DNA of 64,000 nt from the NCBI GenBank assembly GCA_037441845.1, contig JBBIRK010000001.1:497284-561283 (forward strand). Reading direction: 5' to 3'. Each line of letters starts with the position of its first letter. Positions within the stretch are counted from its first letter, which is position 1. Source of the stretch: Candidatus Zixiibacteriota bacterium. GTDB taxonomy: Bacteria > Zixibacteria > MSB-5A5 > UBA10806 > 4484-95. The notes beneath the pieces were generated by a model. It was not told the DNA's origin, searched no databases, and saw only the letters and a list, made by a program, of their open reading frames with translations. The position numbers and the translations under genes are program-made. Shown here piece by piece: positions 40,363-50,772 of this stretch.

Positions 40363-40722
40363 ATCTTGCCTTTTTAGATGATTGTTTGCCGAAAAATAAC
40401 GATAATCGAGTTGAGTCCGTCAATTACAAGCCTTCGCTAGGGACAAAATGGCGCGGCGATCAGAAATGAGCCCGAATCCTAATGAGCTCCGCATTATCGA
40501 ATCGGCCCGAAAGATAGCATGGGCCAAAAAAGCGATTTTTCATTTGATAATATGCGGCAAGCTGGGCAATGTCAAGCTATTTGCCCCGTTTTGTCCATAA
40601 AGACAGGGAAAATTGTGGGTCGAAAGATGGCGGAAGATCGGGGATGCGTCCTTGTCTTTATCGTGTCCCCTTTGAACTTGACAAACATAAGCCATTTATT
40701 ATCTTATTTTTTTGCGAAAAAT

Positions 40723-40794
40723 TGGGGCGTCGACAAGCGGTAAGTCACCAGCCTTTGGAGCTGGCATCCCCAGGTTCGAATCCTGGCGCCCCAG
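40723..40794 (+). tRNA. tRNA-Gln (anticodon UUG)
   Basis: TGGGGCG/CGCCCCA acceptor, CCAGC-CTTTGGA-GCTGG anticodon arm, GGTTCGAATCC; TTGACA at 40678; CCA not encoded. Confidence 0.96.
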
Positions 40795-40827
40795 TTGAGG
40801 CTTGTCATAATTTACGAGGACACGGTT

Positions 40828-41763
40828 ATGCCGGATGAGTTAAGGATTTTCGCGGGCAATTCCAATCTTCCCCTGGCCAACAAGGTGGCCAGCTATATTC
40901 ATCAACCGCTTTCCGACTGTAAGATAAAGCGATTTTCGGATCATGAGATATTCGTCCAGATCGATGAAAATATCCGGGGCATGGATACTTTCATCATTCA
41001 ATCGACCAATCCACCGGCCGAAAATATACTCGAAATGCTGATCATGATCGATGCCGCTCATCGGGCCTCGGCAAGGAGGATCACTGCGGTGATTCCTTAT
41101 TTCGGCTATGCCCGGGCCGATCGCAAAGATCAGCCGCGCGTGTCGATCGTCTCCAAACTTATCGCCAATATGATCACGGTGGCGGGTGCCAATCGGGTTA
41201 TCCTGATGGATCTGCACGCCTCGCAGATTCAGGGGTTTTTCGATGTCCCCTCGGACCACCTCTATTCGGCGCGGGTGTTCAACCGTCATTTTCTCAAACA
41301 AGGATTAAGCGATCTGGTCGTCGTATCGCCGGATGTAGGATCGACCAAGCTGGCCCGGGCTTTTGCCAGTAAGCTCGACGCCAGTCTGGCAATCGTGGAC
41401 AAGCGCCGGCCCGAACCGAACAAAGCTGAAGTCATGAATATAATCGGTGATATCTACGGAAAAAACGTGATAATCAGAGACGATATGGTCGACACGGGGG
41501 GGACAATCGTCGAGGCGGCCGAGGCCTTGGCCAAAGCCGGCGCAAAATCGATAATCGCCTGTTGCACTCATGCCGTATTGTCGGGCGAAGCGATCGCGAG
41601 ACTCGACAAAAGCCCCATAGAAAAGTTTTACATTACCGATACCATAGACAACTCGGCCAAAAACCTGCCGCCCAAGTTCGAGATCTTATCGGTCGCCGAA
41701 CTGCTGGGTGAGGCGATTATGAGGATCCATTCCGAAAGATCGGTTTCGACCTTGTTCGATTGA
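40828..41763 (+). CDS. prs: Ribose-phosphate pyrophosphokinase
   Basis: PYFGYARADRK, DLHASQIQGFF, VSPDVG, DDMVDTGGT. Confidence 0.97.
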   Translation: MPDELRIFAGNSNLPLANKVASYIHQPLSDCKIKRFSDHEIFVQIDENIRGMDTFIIQSTNPPAENILEMLIMIDAAHRASARRITAVIPYFGYARADRKDQPRVSIVSKLIANMITVAGANRVILMDLHASQIQGFFDVPSDHLYSARVFNRHFLKQGLSDLVVVSPDVGSTKLARAFASKLDASLAIVDKRRPEPNKAEVMNIIGDIYGKNVIIRDDMVDTGGTIVEAAEALAKAGAKSIIACCTHAVLSGEAIARLDKSPIEKFYITDTIDNSAKNLPPKFEILSVAELLGEAIMRIHSERSVSTLFD

Positions 41764-41769
41764 TATTAC

Positions 41770-42792
41770 ATGAAAGCCGTTTTCTTGACAAAATCCGGAG
41801 GACCGGACACGGTAGAGGTTCGAGAGACCCCGATGCCAAGGATCGAAAGCGATAAAACACTGGTTCGGGTGATCGCCTCGGGCTTGAATTTCGCCGATAT
41901 CGTCATTCGGGGCGGCCTTTATCCGGATGCCCCACGCTTTCCATTCATCGCCGGTTACGAATTCGGCGGCATAGTCGATACTCCGGGTAGGTCAAGTCGT
42001 TTCGTCGAAGGCGACCGAGTTTTGGGCGTGACCTATTTCGGCGCCCAGGCCGAATATGTGCTTGCGGACGACAGCCAGCTGTTTTCGATGCCAGAAGCGA
42101 TGAGTTTCGAGGAAGCGGCCGCACTGCCGGTGAATTATCTGACCGCTTTCTTCGCCCTGTTTCGTTTGGGAAATCTGCGGTATGGAGAGTCGGTGCTGAT
42201 TCATTCCTGCGCCGGCGGCGTGGGCACCGCGGCGGTGCAATTGGCTCATACGAAAAAGGCGGTAATATTCGGAACCACTTCCGCGCCCCACAAAATCGCA
42301 TATCTCCAATCCATAGGCGTTCAGCATCCGATAAATTATAAAAAGACCGACTTCGCGAAAGAAGTCACGGCTGTCGCCGGCCGCAATGGAATCGACATGG
42401 TGCTTGACCCGATCGGTGGGAAAGTGTTCCGCAAAAGTATCGCGCTGCTGGCCAAAGGCGGAAGAATTATCTGTTACGGCGTAACCGATCTGGTTGCAGG
42501 CGGGAAAAGAAATCTACCGAAAGTGCTATGGAAATACCTGAATCTCCCCCGAATCAAGGTGCTCGATCTCATACAAAACAACCGTGGAGTTTTCGGGCTG
42601 GCGCTCAATAGATTGGTGAACGAGATGAGCTTGATAGCGGAGCCGTTGCGTGAGCTGATAAGTTTATACGCGCAGGGGATTATCAAACCGAATATCGGCG
42701 CCGTTTTTCAAGCGGAAAAGGCAAGTGAAGCCCATCGCCTGCTGGAATCGGGAAAGAGTACGGGGAAAATAATACTGAGTTTCGCTAATTAA
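41770..42792 (+). CDS. MDR-family NADPH:quinone oxidoreductase (VAT-1-like)
   Basis: GLNFAD..GLY, GYEFGG, PVNYLTA, HSCAGGVG, GKII. Confidence 0.88.
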   Translation: MKAVFLTKSGGPDTVEVRETPMPRIESDKTLVRVIASGLNFADIVIRGGLYPDAPRFPFIAGYEFGGIVDTPGRSSRFVEGDRVLGVTYFGAQAEYVLADDSQLFSMPEAMSFEEAAALPVNYLTAFFALFRLGNLRYGESVLIHSCAGGVGTAAVQLAHTKKAVIFGTTSAPHKIAYLQSIGVQHPINYKKTDFAKEVTAVAGRNGIDMVLDPIGGKVFRKSIALLAKGGRIICYGVTDLVAGGKRNLPKVLWKYLNLPRIKVLDLIQNNRGVFGLALNRLVNEMSLIAEPLRELISLYAQGIIKPNIGAVFQAEKASEAHRLLESGKSTGKIILSFAN

Positions 42793-42813
42793 TCAAATGA
42801 AGGAGCAATAAAG

Positions 42814-43530
42814 ATGAAAGAAATAACTATCGAGGCCGACTCCCGGGTTGGATCCGGCAAGGGAGTGGCGCGCAAATTAAGGATGGCTAAAAAAATTCCG
42901 GCTGTGGTTTACGGCCGGGGAGATGAGCCGCAGGCGCTCGCAATAGATTACGCCGGGTTTCATAAGGTGTATCATTCCCTTCACGGCGAAAACGCTATCA
43001 TAAACCTTCAGATCGACGGTAAAGCGAGCGATAAGAAGGCGTTGATCCGCGATATCCAGTACGACCCGGTCGATGGCAACATCATGCATATCGATTTCCA
43101 GCGCATATCCATGGACCAGAAGATCAGGCTGAATGTCGCTGTAAGACTTGTGGGCACCGCCATCGGGGTGAAAGCCTCCGGCGGAATTCTGCAATGGAGT
43201 ATCAGGGATCTCGAAGTTTCATGCCTGCCTGCAAACATACCCGAGGCCATCGAAATCAATATCGAATCGCTCGATATTCACGACTCGATCAAGGTAAAAG
43301 ACCTGAATGTCCCCAACATCGAATTTCTCGACGATCCCGAGGAAACGATAGTCAATGTCGTTCCGCCCGCACTGGTGAAAGAAGAAGCGCCGGCTGCGGT
43401 CGAGGGCGAGGCGGCGGCGGCACCGGCCGAGACCAAGCCTGAAGAACCGGCCGAGCCGGAGGTCATTTCGGAGAAGAAAGCCGAAGAGCGGCGAGCCGAA
43501 AAGGAAAAAGCGAAGAAATCCGAAAAGTAA
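42814..43530 (+). CDS. rplY: 50S ribosomal protein L25/Ctc
   Basis: IPAVVYG, HIDF, GVKASGGIL, acidic and Lys-rich tail; AAGGAG RBS. Confidence 0.95.
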   Translation: MKEITIEADSRVGSGKGVARKLRMAKKIPAVVYGRGDEPQALAIDYAGFHKVYHSLHGENAIINLQIDGKASDKKALIRDIQYDPVDGNIMHIDFQRISMDQKIRLNVAVRLVGTAIGVKASGGILQWSIRDLEVSCLPANIPEAIEINIESLDIHDSIKVKDLNVPNIEFLDDPEETIVNVVPPALVKEEAPAAVEGEAAAAPAETKPEEPAEPEVISEKKAEERRAEKEKAKKSEK

Positions 43531-43744
43531 CTCTGCCGACGGGCGGAAATCGGGCGCAATCTGCGATCACCCGATTGCCGCCCCGGAACGCGGGGGGAAT
43601 GAGCCCAACGAGTAATTCATATACGAATTATCAGTATAGATGGGCTGTTCCGTGGGAATGCAGCCTGATAAAGAGTGATTTTTTCCCCAGGTCGGGCGAC
43701 GCCGTCTTAACGGCGGAAAAATCAAAAAACCGGGACAAAAAACC

Positions 43745-46312
43745 ATGAAAAAACTATGGGCCATTATCGGTGGGGCGATTCTGTTCTTGTTGATCGCCGT
43801 CATTGTTCTGCCGACCTTTTTCGACAAAAAGGTGGCCGCGATTATCGAAGACAAGGCGAATCAGCTGTTGAACGCGCAAGTCGAGGTAGGCGATGTCGAT
43901 CTGAGCCTTTTGACCACGTTTCCCAATCTTACCGCGAAGATAGACGGCCTGCATATAATAAATCGGATTCCATTCGAGGGCGATACGCTTGCCGCTATCG
44001 ACAGGATCAGCCTTTCCGTGGATCTGACCAAGCTGATTTTCGGCGGCGAAGTCAGAATTCAATCGTTAAAAGTGGAATCACCGAGGCTGCTTCTGGTTGC
44101 TTTGAAAGACGGGTCCGCCAACTGGGATATTTTCCCGAAAGAACCGGCGGCGAAGGCGACCGAATCGCAGGATCAAAAGATGCTCGATCTGGCCTTGAAA
44201 AAATACGAAATCACGCGAGGCTCGATAAAGTATTACGATGAAAAAAGCGGCCTGCTCGCGGACATTCGCGACCTGAACCATGGCGGCAAAGGTGATTTTT
44301 CGAAAAAAGTGTTCACTTTGACCACTTCCACGACCGCCACGGTCGCGACGTTGAAAAGCGGCGCCATGACCCTCCTGAAAGACGCCGGATTAGACCTGAA
44401 GTCGAATATCGGCATAGACCTGAATCGGGCGAGATACGATATCAAGGAATGCCGGCTCAAAATCAACGAAATGGCCTTGTCATTGAACGGCTGGCTGGAG
44501 AGCGCGGGGCGGGATTTGAACATGGAAATAGCTCTTGACGCCCCCGGAATCGAATTCCGTGATCTGATTTCGATGCTGCCGCAAATCGGCAACGCCGATC
44601 TGGCGGATCTTGAGGCCAACGGAAATGTCGGCTTTTCCGGCAAATTCGTCGGTATTTACAATCAGGAGCGATTGCCGGCGATAGATTTGCAGGTTTCGGT
44701 CGATAACGGCTCCTTCAGATTCCGTCGGCGCCAGGTTTCCGTCGATGACGTCGCGGTCGATTTGAAAATCAGCAACCCTGGAGGGATATTCGACGCCACC
44801 ACGATCGACCTGCGCCGCCTGCATTTCTCCATCCTCGGCAAGCCGGTCGAAATGCGCCTGATGGTCAAGACGCCGGTTTCCGATCCCTACCTCGACGGCT
44901 TGATTTCAGGAGGCATTGATCTGGCCCGGGTGCGGCAGGTGCTCCCCTCAGCCGATAGCCTGAATATCTCGGGAACCATCCAGAGCGATCTTAATTTCCG
45001 CGGAAATTTATCGGCGATCGAAAATCGCCGTTTCGACCGCTTTTTCGCCTCCGGCTCATTGGCTGTCGACAGTCTGCGCTACCAGGGAGGCGACTTACCG
45101 GAGCCGATCTCCGTCAACACCGCCCGTTTGAATTTCCGGCCCCAGGCGGCTGAGCTCAAGCGGTTCGATATGCGTATCGGCGCCAGCGATATCCAAGCCG
45201 AGGGATCTCTGGAGAACATCTTCGGCTATCTTTTCGGCGGCCGAACTCTGAGCGGGAATCTGGATGTTAAGTCTAATGTACTTGACTTGAACCCGTTTCT
45301 GAAACAGGAGGGAGGAGCGATCGCCGCAGTTGAACTGCCGGATAAAATCGAGTTCACCATGAGCGGCCTGTTCAAGCGGATTTACATTACGAATCAGGTC
45401 ATAGATAATCTACAGGGGCGACTCACCCTGAAAAACCGCACCCTCTACCTCGAAAATCTGAGCGGCGGTTTCCTCGAGGGGGCTATCGAATGCCGTGGAA
45501 CTTACAAATTCGTCCGCCCGGAGAAGCCGAAAATCGATCTCGATCTCAAGCTTTCCGATATGAGCATCCCGGCCATGTTTCGCTCCGTTACCACCGTCAA
45601 GGCCCTGGCCCCGATCGCCGGCTATATGACCGGCAGTCTCAGCGGCGGATTGAAACTTTCATCGGAGCTGGGCGATTCGCTTGCTCCCGAGTTGGGAACG
45701 CTTTCCGCGATCGGGTCGCTGCGGATACCCAGAGCGGCTATGGAGGGATTTCCACCGCTGGCAAAAATCGCCGACCATTTGAAAATGGAAAAATTACGCA
45801 ATCCCACACTCACCAATTTCGCTCCGGATATTTCGATCGAAAACGGCAGGCTCTATTTTAAGCCGGTCAATGTAGAACTTGGAGGTTACCAGATTGTCGC
45901 CTCGGGATCGAACGGCATCGATAAAACCATAGACTATTCGCTAAAGCTGCATGTCCCGGCCGGGGAAGTCTCTCGAGACGGCGGTTCACCAATCGCCAAG
46001 ATGCTGAAGACGGGCGTGGAACTGCTTCCCGATCAGACCGTGGTGGTCGATATCGGTGTGAGGGGGAAGATCGACGATCCGGGCGTCAGCACTTCGGTCG
46101 CCGACGTGTTGAAAGGAACCGCGGCTCAAATCAAGCAGGAAGCTCTCCGGCAGGTAGAACAGCAGAAGCAGCATCTCGAACAACAGGCGCAACAACAGCT
46201 GCAGGAATCCAAGCAAACGGTAGAGGACAGCCTGAAAAAAGAATTGGAGCGTAAAGCGAAACAGGAACAGGACAAGCTCAAGGATAAACTAAAAGGACTG
46301 TTCGGCAAATAA
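43745..46312 (+). CDS. AsmA-family protein
   Basis: N-terminal TM anchor, DGSANWD motif, repeated beta-taco segments, charged helical C-terminus. Confidence 0.85.
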   Translation: MKKLWAIIGGAILFLLIAVIVLPTFFDKKVAAIIEDKANQLLNAQVEVGDVDLSLLTTFPNLTAKIDGLHIINRIPFEGDTLAAIDRISLSVDLTKLIFGGEVRIQSLKVESPRLLLVALKDGSANWDIFPKEPAAKATESQDQKMLDLALKKYEITRGSIKYYDEKSGLLADIRDLNHGGKGDFSKKVFTLTTSTTATVATLKSGAMTLLKDAGLDLKSNIGIDLNRARYDIKECRLKINEMALSLNGWLESAGRDLNMEIALDAPGIEFRDLISMLPQIGNADLADLEANGNVGFSGKFVGIYNQERLPAIDLQVSVDNGSFRFRRRQVSVDDVAVDLKISNPGGIFDATTIDLRRLHFSILGKPVEMRLMVKTPVSDPYLDGLISGGIDLARVRQVLPSADSLNISGTIQSDLNFRGNLSAIENRRFDRFFASGSLAVDSLRYQGGDLPEPISVNTARLNFRPQAAELKRFDMRIGASDIQAEGSLENIFGYLFGGRTLSGNLDVKSNVLDLNPFLKQEGGAIAAVELPDKIEFTMSGLFKRIYITNQVIDNLQGRLTLKNRTLYLENLSGGFLEGAIECRGTYKFVRPEKPKIDLDLKLSDMSIPAMFRSVTTVKALAPIAGYMTGSLSGGLKLSSELGDSLAPELGTLSAIGSLRIPRAAMEGFPPLAKIADHLKMEKLRNPTLTNFAPDISIENGRLYFKPVNVELGGYQIVASGSNGIDKTIDYSLKLHVPAGEVSRDGGSPIAKMLKTGVELLPDQTVVVDIGVRGKIDDPGVSTSVADVLKGTAAQIKQEALRQVEQQKQHLEQQAQQQLQESKQTVEDSLKKELERKAKQEQDKLKDKLKGLFGK

Positions 46313-46344
46313 AATCCAAGCTATGCGGCGATTCGAATAATTAC

Positions 46345-46386
46345 GGGTCTGGCATGCCCCCCGGTCGTGCCAGACCCTTATTTTTC
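46345..46386 (+). terminator. Intrinsic terminator
   Basis: GGGTCTGGCATG/CGTGCCAGACCC stem followed by TTATTTTT. Confidence 0.75.
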
Positions 46387-46407
46387 TGTGCAACCTCCTC
46401 CGTATAA

Positions 46408-48606
46408 TCAGTCACCCGGGAAAAGCAGCCTTAATTGCCCCTCGGAAAGCGTTTCCTCGCCCGAATCATCTATCTGTACTATTCGGCCGCCGATTTTCAG
46501 CCTGACCTGTTCCCCGAGCGATAAATACCTTCCGAGTTCGGGGTCTCTTTCGAGAATCTGGAAATAAGCGCGGGAGAAACGCCTTATTTTGATATCGTAT
46601 TGGTCGCCCGTCAAATCGCCCTGCACCCAGAGTCGTCCCCGTTGGAAAAATCCTCGGGCTCCGATCCGTCGAAGATCGTCGATTTTCCTTATGCCTCCAT
46701 TTGTTTCAATAGCGGCGTCGGAGGTGACCTGTTCGAGCGCCTTCATTTCCTGCGTTTTTTTCGATCTGGCAACCGAGCCGCGTCCGACGTTTTCGGCCAG
46801 CATTCGATTCATCTCGTCTTTCACCCTGCCGCCGATAACCGGCGCCGGCAAAGCCTGATATTCCTCGGCCCGCAGATTCTCATCGCCGGTTATCAAAAAC
46901 GACGTATATTCGGTCACTATTCCGTACTTTTTCGAAAGTTCGATTATCTCCGTCACCAGCTCCGATGTCGATCCGTGGAGCTTGATCTGCTCGAGCAGAT
47001 AAGCTATCCGCCTGTTGGCCCAGATAAGCGGTATGAAATCCCCTCCTGCTGATCGCTTCTCGAATACGACCTCATAATCGTATCTGACTTTGTTGTCGCC
47101 CCTGTTGCCGTTCAGCGTAACCGTCCCCTTACCATCTCCGGTGTATCGCCCCGCGATGATAATTTCGGAACCATAGAATAAATCGGGCAGCGGCTGAGGA
47201 TAGACGAGGTCGACTTTGACTCCGGAAAACCTCAGCTCGAGATCGGTCAACGCCGGCTCGCTGATTTTGGCCGCCAGAAGCGATATCTCGGATTCGATAT
47301 CTTCCTCCGGCAAGACATACCCGGCAACCCCCTTATTTTCCTCGGCCAGCCGATCCAGTAAATAAGTGTTGACATCGTGGCCGACCCCGAAAACGAACAG
47401 CCGGGCGCGGCCGCTATTCCACTTGGCGGTATTGTCGGCTATCCTGCCTATATCGGTTTCGCCCACCGTCGGCAAACCATCGGTCAAAAACATGATATAT
47501 GTAGGCCCGTCGCCTTCGCTTATCATGGCGCAAGCATCCTTCAAAGCTTCATTTATATTGGTTCCGCCGCCGGCTTCGATCGTATTGATGAATTCAATCG
47601 CGGCTGCGACATTTCGGCTGTTCGCCGCCACCAGCGCCAACTTGAAATGACGCACCACGTCGTCGTAATCGATAAGGCCGAATTTATCCTCGGGATGCAG
47701 GCCGTTTAATACATACCGAAGCGCCGCGAGGGCTTGTTTAAGCTTTTGCCCGCGCATGCTTCCCGATGAGTCGAGCACGAATATAAGGTTTTTCCGAATG
47801 ACTTCCGCGTTCCTGTCCGCACCCGGCGATAGAATCCCCAGAAAATGGCCGGTTGACGAACCTTTTTCTTTGCAGCTCATCAAGTGGAATCCGAAATCGC
47901 TGTTCGAACGGGCGAAGAATAGTTTGAAATCTCTATCGGGCCGGGTGTCGACCTCGCTGTAGAGGACCGATGCCGCTTTCTGTCCGTTGCGCGAGATTTC
48001 CACTTTATGGCTGGGGCTGTAGATCGTCCCGATATTTTCGAACGAGGCGAGATCGACCCTTATGCGGCAGTCCTGCAGATCGGCGCCTGAGAATTTTTCC
48101 GTATTAAGAGGATAAGTGTATTCGACCAGGCCGTTTTCGCCTTTCAATGTTTGCTCGTATTCCACCGCGATTCTGACCTCGCCGTGGGCGGCTATGGGGA
48201 AAATGCGCACCCGATACATGCCGCGGCCGAAATATTCGAGCAGCGCCGGATCTTTTCTCTGCCTGACTATGTCTTCGTAAATTCTGCGAGCTGCGGCCGC
48301 GTCAAGCAATTCCGCCTCGAGCTTGCGGCCGCCCAGCCAGGCGACGAAACGGCTGACCGCCGCCCCCTCGGGCAGAGGAAATATGTAATCGGCCTCGATT
48401 TCACGGGCATACGGATTGACGAACACTTGGTCGATTCTGGTCACCGCCGCCGGGTCGTCGATTTCGACATCGACATGATGATACTTGACGTTGGTGTATG
48501 GATTCGGCGGAAGCGTCGGTGCCGGTCGGGGAATCAAGATTCCGTCGGCGGCAGCCTGCGTAAATGCGGCCACGACCCAAAGTCCGATAAGTACAGTTTT
48601 TTTCAC
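46408..48606 (-). CDS. Secreted VIT and vWA domain protein
   Basis: YIFPLPEGAAV..DPALLEY..FPI (VIT); DSSGSM, GGT, LTDG MIDAS; AAGGAGG RBS before GTG. Confidence 0.9.
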   Translation of the reverse strand: MKKTVLIGLWVVAAFTQAAADGILIPRPAPTLPPNPYTNVKYHHVDVEIDDPAAVTRIDQVFVNPYAREIEADYIFPLPEGAAVSRFVAWLGGRKLEAELLDAAAARRIYEDIVRQRKDPALLEYFGRGMYRVRIFPIAAHGEVRIAVEYEQTLKGENGLVEYTYPLNTEKFSGADLQDCRIRVDLASFENIGTIYSPSHKVEISRNGQKAASVLYSEVDTRPDRDFKLFFARSNSDFGFHLMSCKEKGSSTGHFLGILSPGADRNAEVIRKNLIFVLDSSGSMRGQKLKQALAALRYVLNGLHPEDKFGLIDYDDVVRHFKLALVAANSRNVAAAIEFINTIEAGGGTNINEALKDACAMISEGDGPTYIMFLTDGLPTVGETDIGRIADNTAKWNSGRARLFVFGVGHDVNTYLLDRLAEENKGVAGYVLPEEDIESEISLLAAKISEPALTDLELRFSGVKVDLVYPQPLPDLFYGSEIIIAGRYTGDGKGTVTLNGNRGDNKVRYDYEVVFEKRSAGGDFIPLIWANRRIAYLLEQIKLHGSTSELVTEIIELSKKYGIVTEYTSFLITGDENLRAEEYQALPAPVIGGRVKDEMNRMLAENVGRGSVARSKKTQEMKALEQVTSDAAIETNGGIRKIDDLRRIGARGFFQRGRLWVQGDLTGDQYDIKIRRFSRAYFQILERDPELGRYLSLGEQVRLKIGGRIVQIDDSGEETLSEGQLRLLFPGD

Positions 48607-48647
48607 GGAACCTCCTTCGTTGGAAAAGTGCTTTCTCTTTTTCCCGT

Positions 48648-48675
48648 AATACGAATTTGGCGGTCCGGTTATTCC
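48648..48675 (-). promoter_or_regulatory. ECF-sigma-type promoter candidate
   Basis: GGAATA-N16-CGTATT about 40 nt upstream of the VIT/vWA start. Confidence 0.4.
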
Positions 48676-48755
48676 CTACTATTCGATTGCTTTCGAGCCG
48701 ATCGCCGTCTATATTGGGGCAAGTTCAAACGCCACTAATAAATCCGAGGTGAAAA

Positions 48756-49259
48756 ATGTTTCGTTCCATCGGCGATTTCAGGAAGGCTTGGGAGGTCAAT
48801 TCCGACAACACGCTTAAAATTCTGGGAGCGCTGACCGATTCATCGCTGAGCCAGGCGGTGGCCAAGGATCATCGCACGATTAGCCGTATCAGCTGGCATA
48901 TCGTCACCACCATACCGGAGATGATGGAGAAGCTGGGGCTCAAGTTCGAGAAGGTCAAGGCGGACTCACCGCCGCCGGATCGGGCATCGGATATCAAGGC
49001 GGCATACGAGCACGTGTCAAAGGCGGTTATCGATCAGATCGCCGGCGGTTGGAACAATGCCAACCTGGAAATCGTCGATGACTTATACGGCCAGAAATGG
49101 GTGCGTGGGTTGAGCCTGAGAATACTGATCGACCACGAGATTCACCATCGCGGCCAGCTTACCGTTCTTATGCGGCAGGCGGGATTGGCCGTGCCGGGCG
49201 TTTTCGGTCCGGCGCTCGAGGAATGGTCCCAATACGGCATGAAGCCGCCGGAGATTTGA
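48756..49259 (+). CDS. DinB-family protein
   Basis: WHI..HEIHHRGQ His triad; GAGGT RBS. Confidence 0.88.
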   Translation: MFRSIGDFRKAWEVNSDNTLKILGALTDSSLSQAVAKDHRTISRISWHIVTTIPEMMEKLGLKFEKVKADSPPPDRASDIKAAYEHVSKAVIDQIAGGWNNANLEIVDDLYGQKWVRGLSLRILIDHEIHHRGQLTVLMRQAGLAVPGVFGPALEEWSQYGMKPPEI

Positions 49260-49378
49260 TCGATTCCGGGGAAACTTGGCGGCCGCGATTGGTTGAATAC
49301 CTGGGCGGCCTTAGACAACGAGAAAATGGGCGCCGATCGGCGCCCACGTCGCCTTCATTAGACCCGGGTATGACAATC

Positions 49379-50644
49379 TCAGTGCCTGAAAAAGATAAAT
49401 GTTATAAGAGCGTACACCGGCAGCAGAATCAATACCGAATACGCCATATAGCCGAAAAAGTGCGGCACTTTAACTTTCTGCTCCTCGGCGATCGATTTCA
49501 CCATGAAGTTCGGCCCGTTGCCGATATAGCTGTTTGCTCCCATGAAAACAGCTCCGCAGCTTATCGCTTTCAACAACCCCACCTCGACTCCGGCCACGGC
49601 ATGGGCGCCAGCATGCAATCCTTCGGTAACCCCCTGGGCAAGCGAGAAAAATGTCAGGTAGGTCGGGGCATTATCGAGAAACGAACTGAGGCTGCCGGTA
49701 AGCCAGAAAAACTGCCATGGTTGAGTTATGCCGAACTCGGCTCCTTTCAAGCGCAGAATCATGAGCAACGGCACCATGGTAATGAATATGCCGATGAACA
49801 GCACCGCCACCTCTATAATGGGATGATAGGTGAATCTGTTTCTTTTACGCAGATCAGTCGAGGTGAAAACCAGCGAAAGAACGGTCATGGCGATCATGAT
49901 AAGCTCCCGCCAGCCCGCCGGCGCCTGCAAAGCTATCGCCGCGATAACGCCGAGCAGGAAAAGGAAATTCCATTTCCCCTCGATCCCGATTTTGAAAACA
50001 TGAACCTTGTCCCATAAGATATCCTCGGGCGCTTCCCGCCGAAATGCCGAACGATCTATCAAATAGAATATGAACAAGACGATTCCGATGGTGATGATCC
50101 ATTCGGGAAACAGATTGAAAGTCCAATGAAAAGGAACCCCTTTCAGATAACCCAGAAAAAGGGGCGGGTCGCCCAACGGCGTCAGGCAGCCGCCGATATT
50201 GGAAACCGTGAAAATGAAAAATACCGGAATATGCCCCGTATTTTTCCGTTCGCTGATCGTCCGCAACAAGGGGCGAATCAGCACAATGCTGGCTCCGGTG
50301 GTTCCGATAAAATTCGCCAGCACCACCCCGACGGCCAGAAAAGCCACTATGATGCCCGGTGTGGCCCGAACGTCGCCGGTCATCAAAATCCCCCCGGAAA
50401 TGATGAACAACGATGCCAGCAGCACGATAAACGAAACGTAATCTTTAAGCGTATGTATCAGTTCATGGGGATGACTGCCGATCAGGTAAATCAATATGGG
50501 AACGCTGACAAGCCCCGCCAGAACCGCCTTATTGCGATTTTTTTCCCAGAAATGAGGGAACGACAAAGGCATCAAGGCGATCAGCAACAGCAACACCACG
50601 AACGGCACCCCCGCATACCAAGGTACAGATTCAGCGGCGTGCAT
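49379..50644 (-). CDS. Putative Na+/H+ antiporter (ion transporter superfamily)
   Basis: GTTGAS, NIGGCLTPLGDPPLFLG, SSFLDNAPTY, YIGNGPNFM. Confidence 0.85.
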   Translation of the reverse strand: MHAAESVPWYAGVPFVVLLLLIALMPLSFPHFWEKNRNKAVLAGLVSVPILIYLIGSHPHELIHTLKDYVSFIVLLASLFIISGGILMTGDVRATPGIIVAFLAVGVVLANFIGTTGASIVLIRPLLRTISERKNTGHIPVFFIFTVSNIGGCLTPLGDPPLFLGYLKGVPFHWTFNLFPEWIITIGIVLFIFYLIDRSAFRREAPEDILWDKVHVFKIGIEGKWNFLFLLGVIAAIALQAPAGWRELIMIAMTVLSLVFTSTDLRKRNRFTYHPIIEVAVLFIGIFITMVPLLMILRLKGAEFGITQPWQFFWLTGSLSSFLDNAPTYLTFFSLAQGVTEGLHAGAHAVAGVEVGLLKAISCGAVFMGANSYIGNGPNFMVKSIAEEQKVKVPHFFGYMAYSVLILLPVYALITFIFFRH

Positions 50645-50772
50645 TTTTCCACCTGCTCATTCTCGGGTTCCTCCGCGATTCGACTCGGATCTCACAAGCC
50701 ATAAAGATTAAATATAATAAGAACCACCTGCCGCTCTGTCAAGAACCGCCGGATAAGAACATGGGATTTCTC

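Noticed and set aside
33810..40722. Genomic island integrated at tRNA-Val or tRNA-Gln
   Set aside because: Content is accessory-like, but I found no integrase and no duplicated tRNA 3' end by eye.
40569..40838. Short ORFs overlapping tRNA genes (also 14977..15264, 32521..32838)
   Set aside because: Spurious frames across tRNA genes and their promoters.
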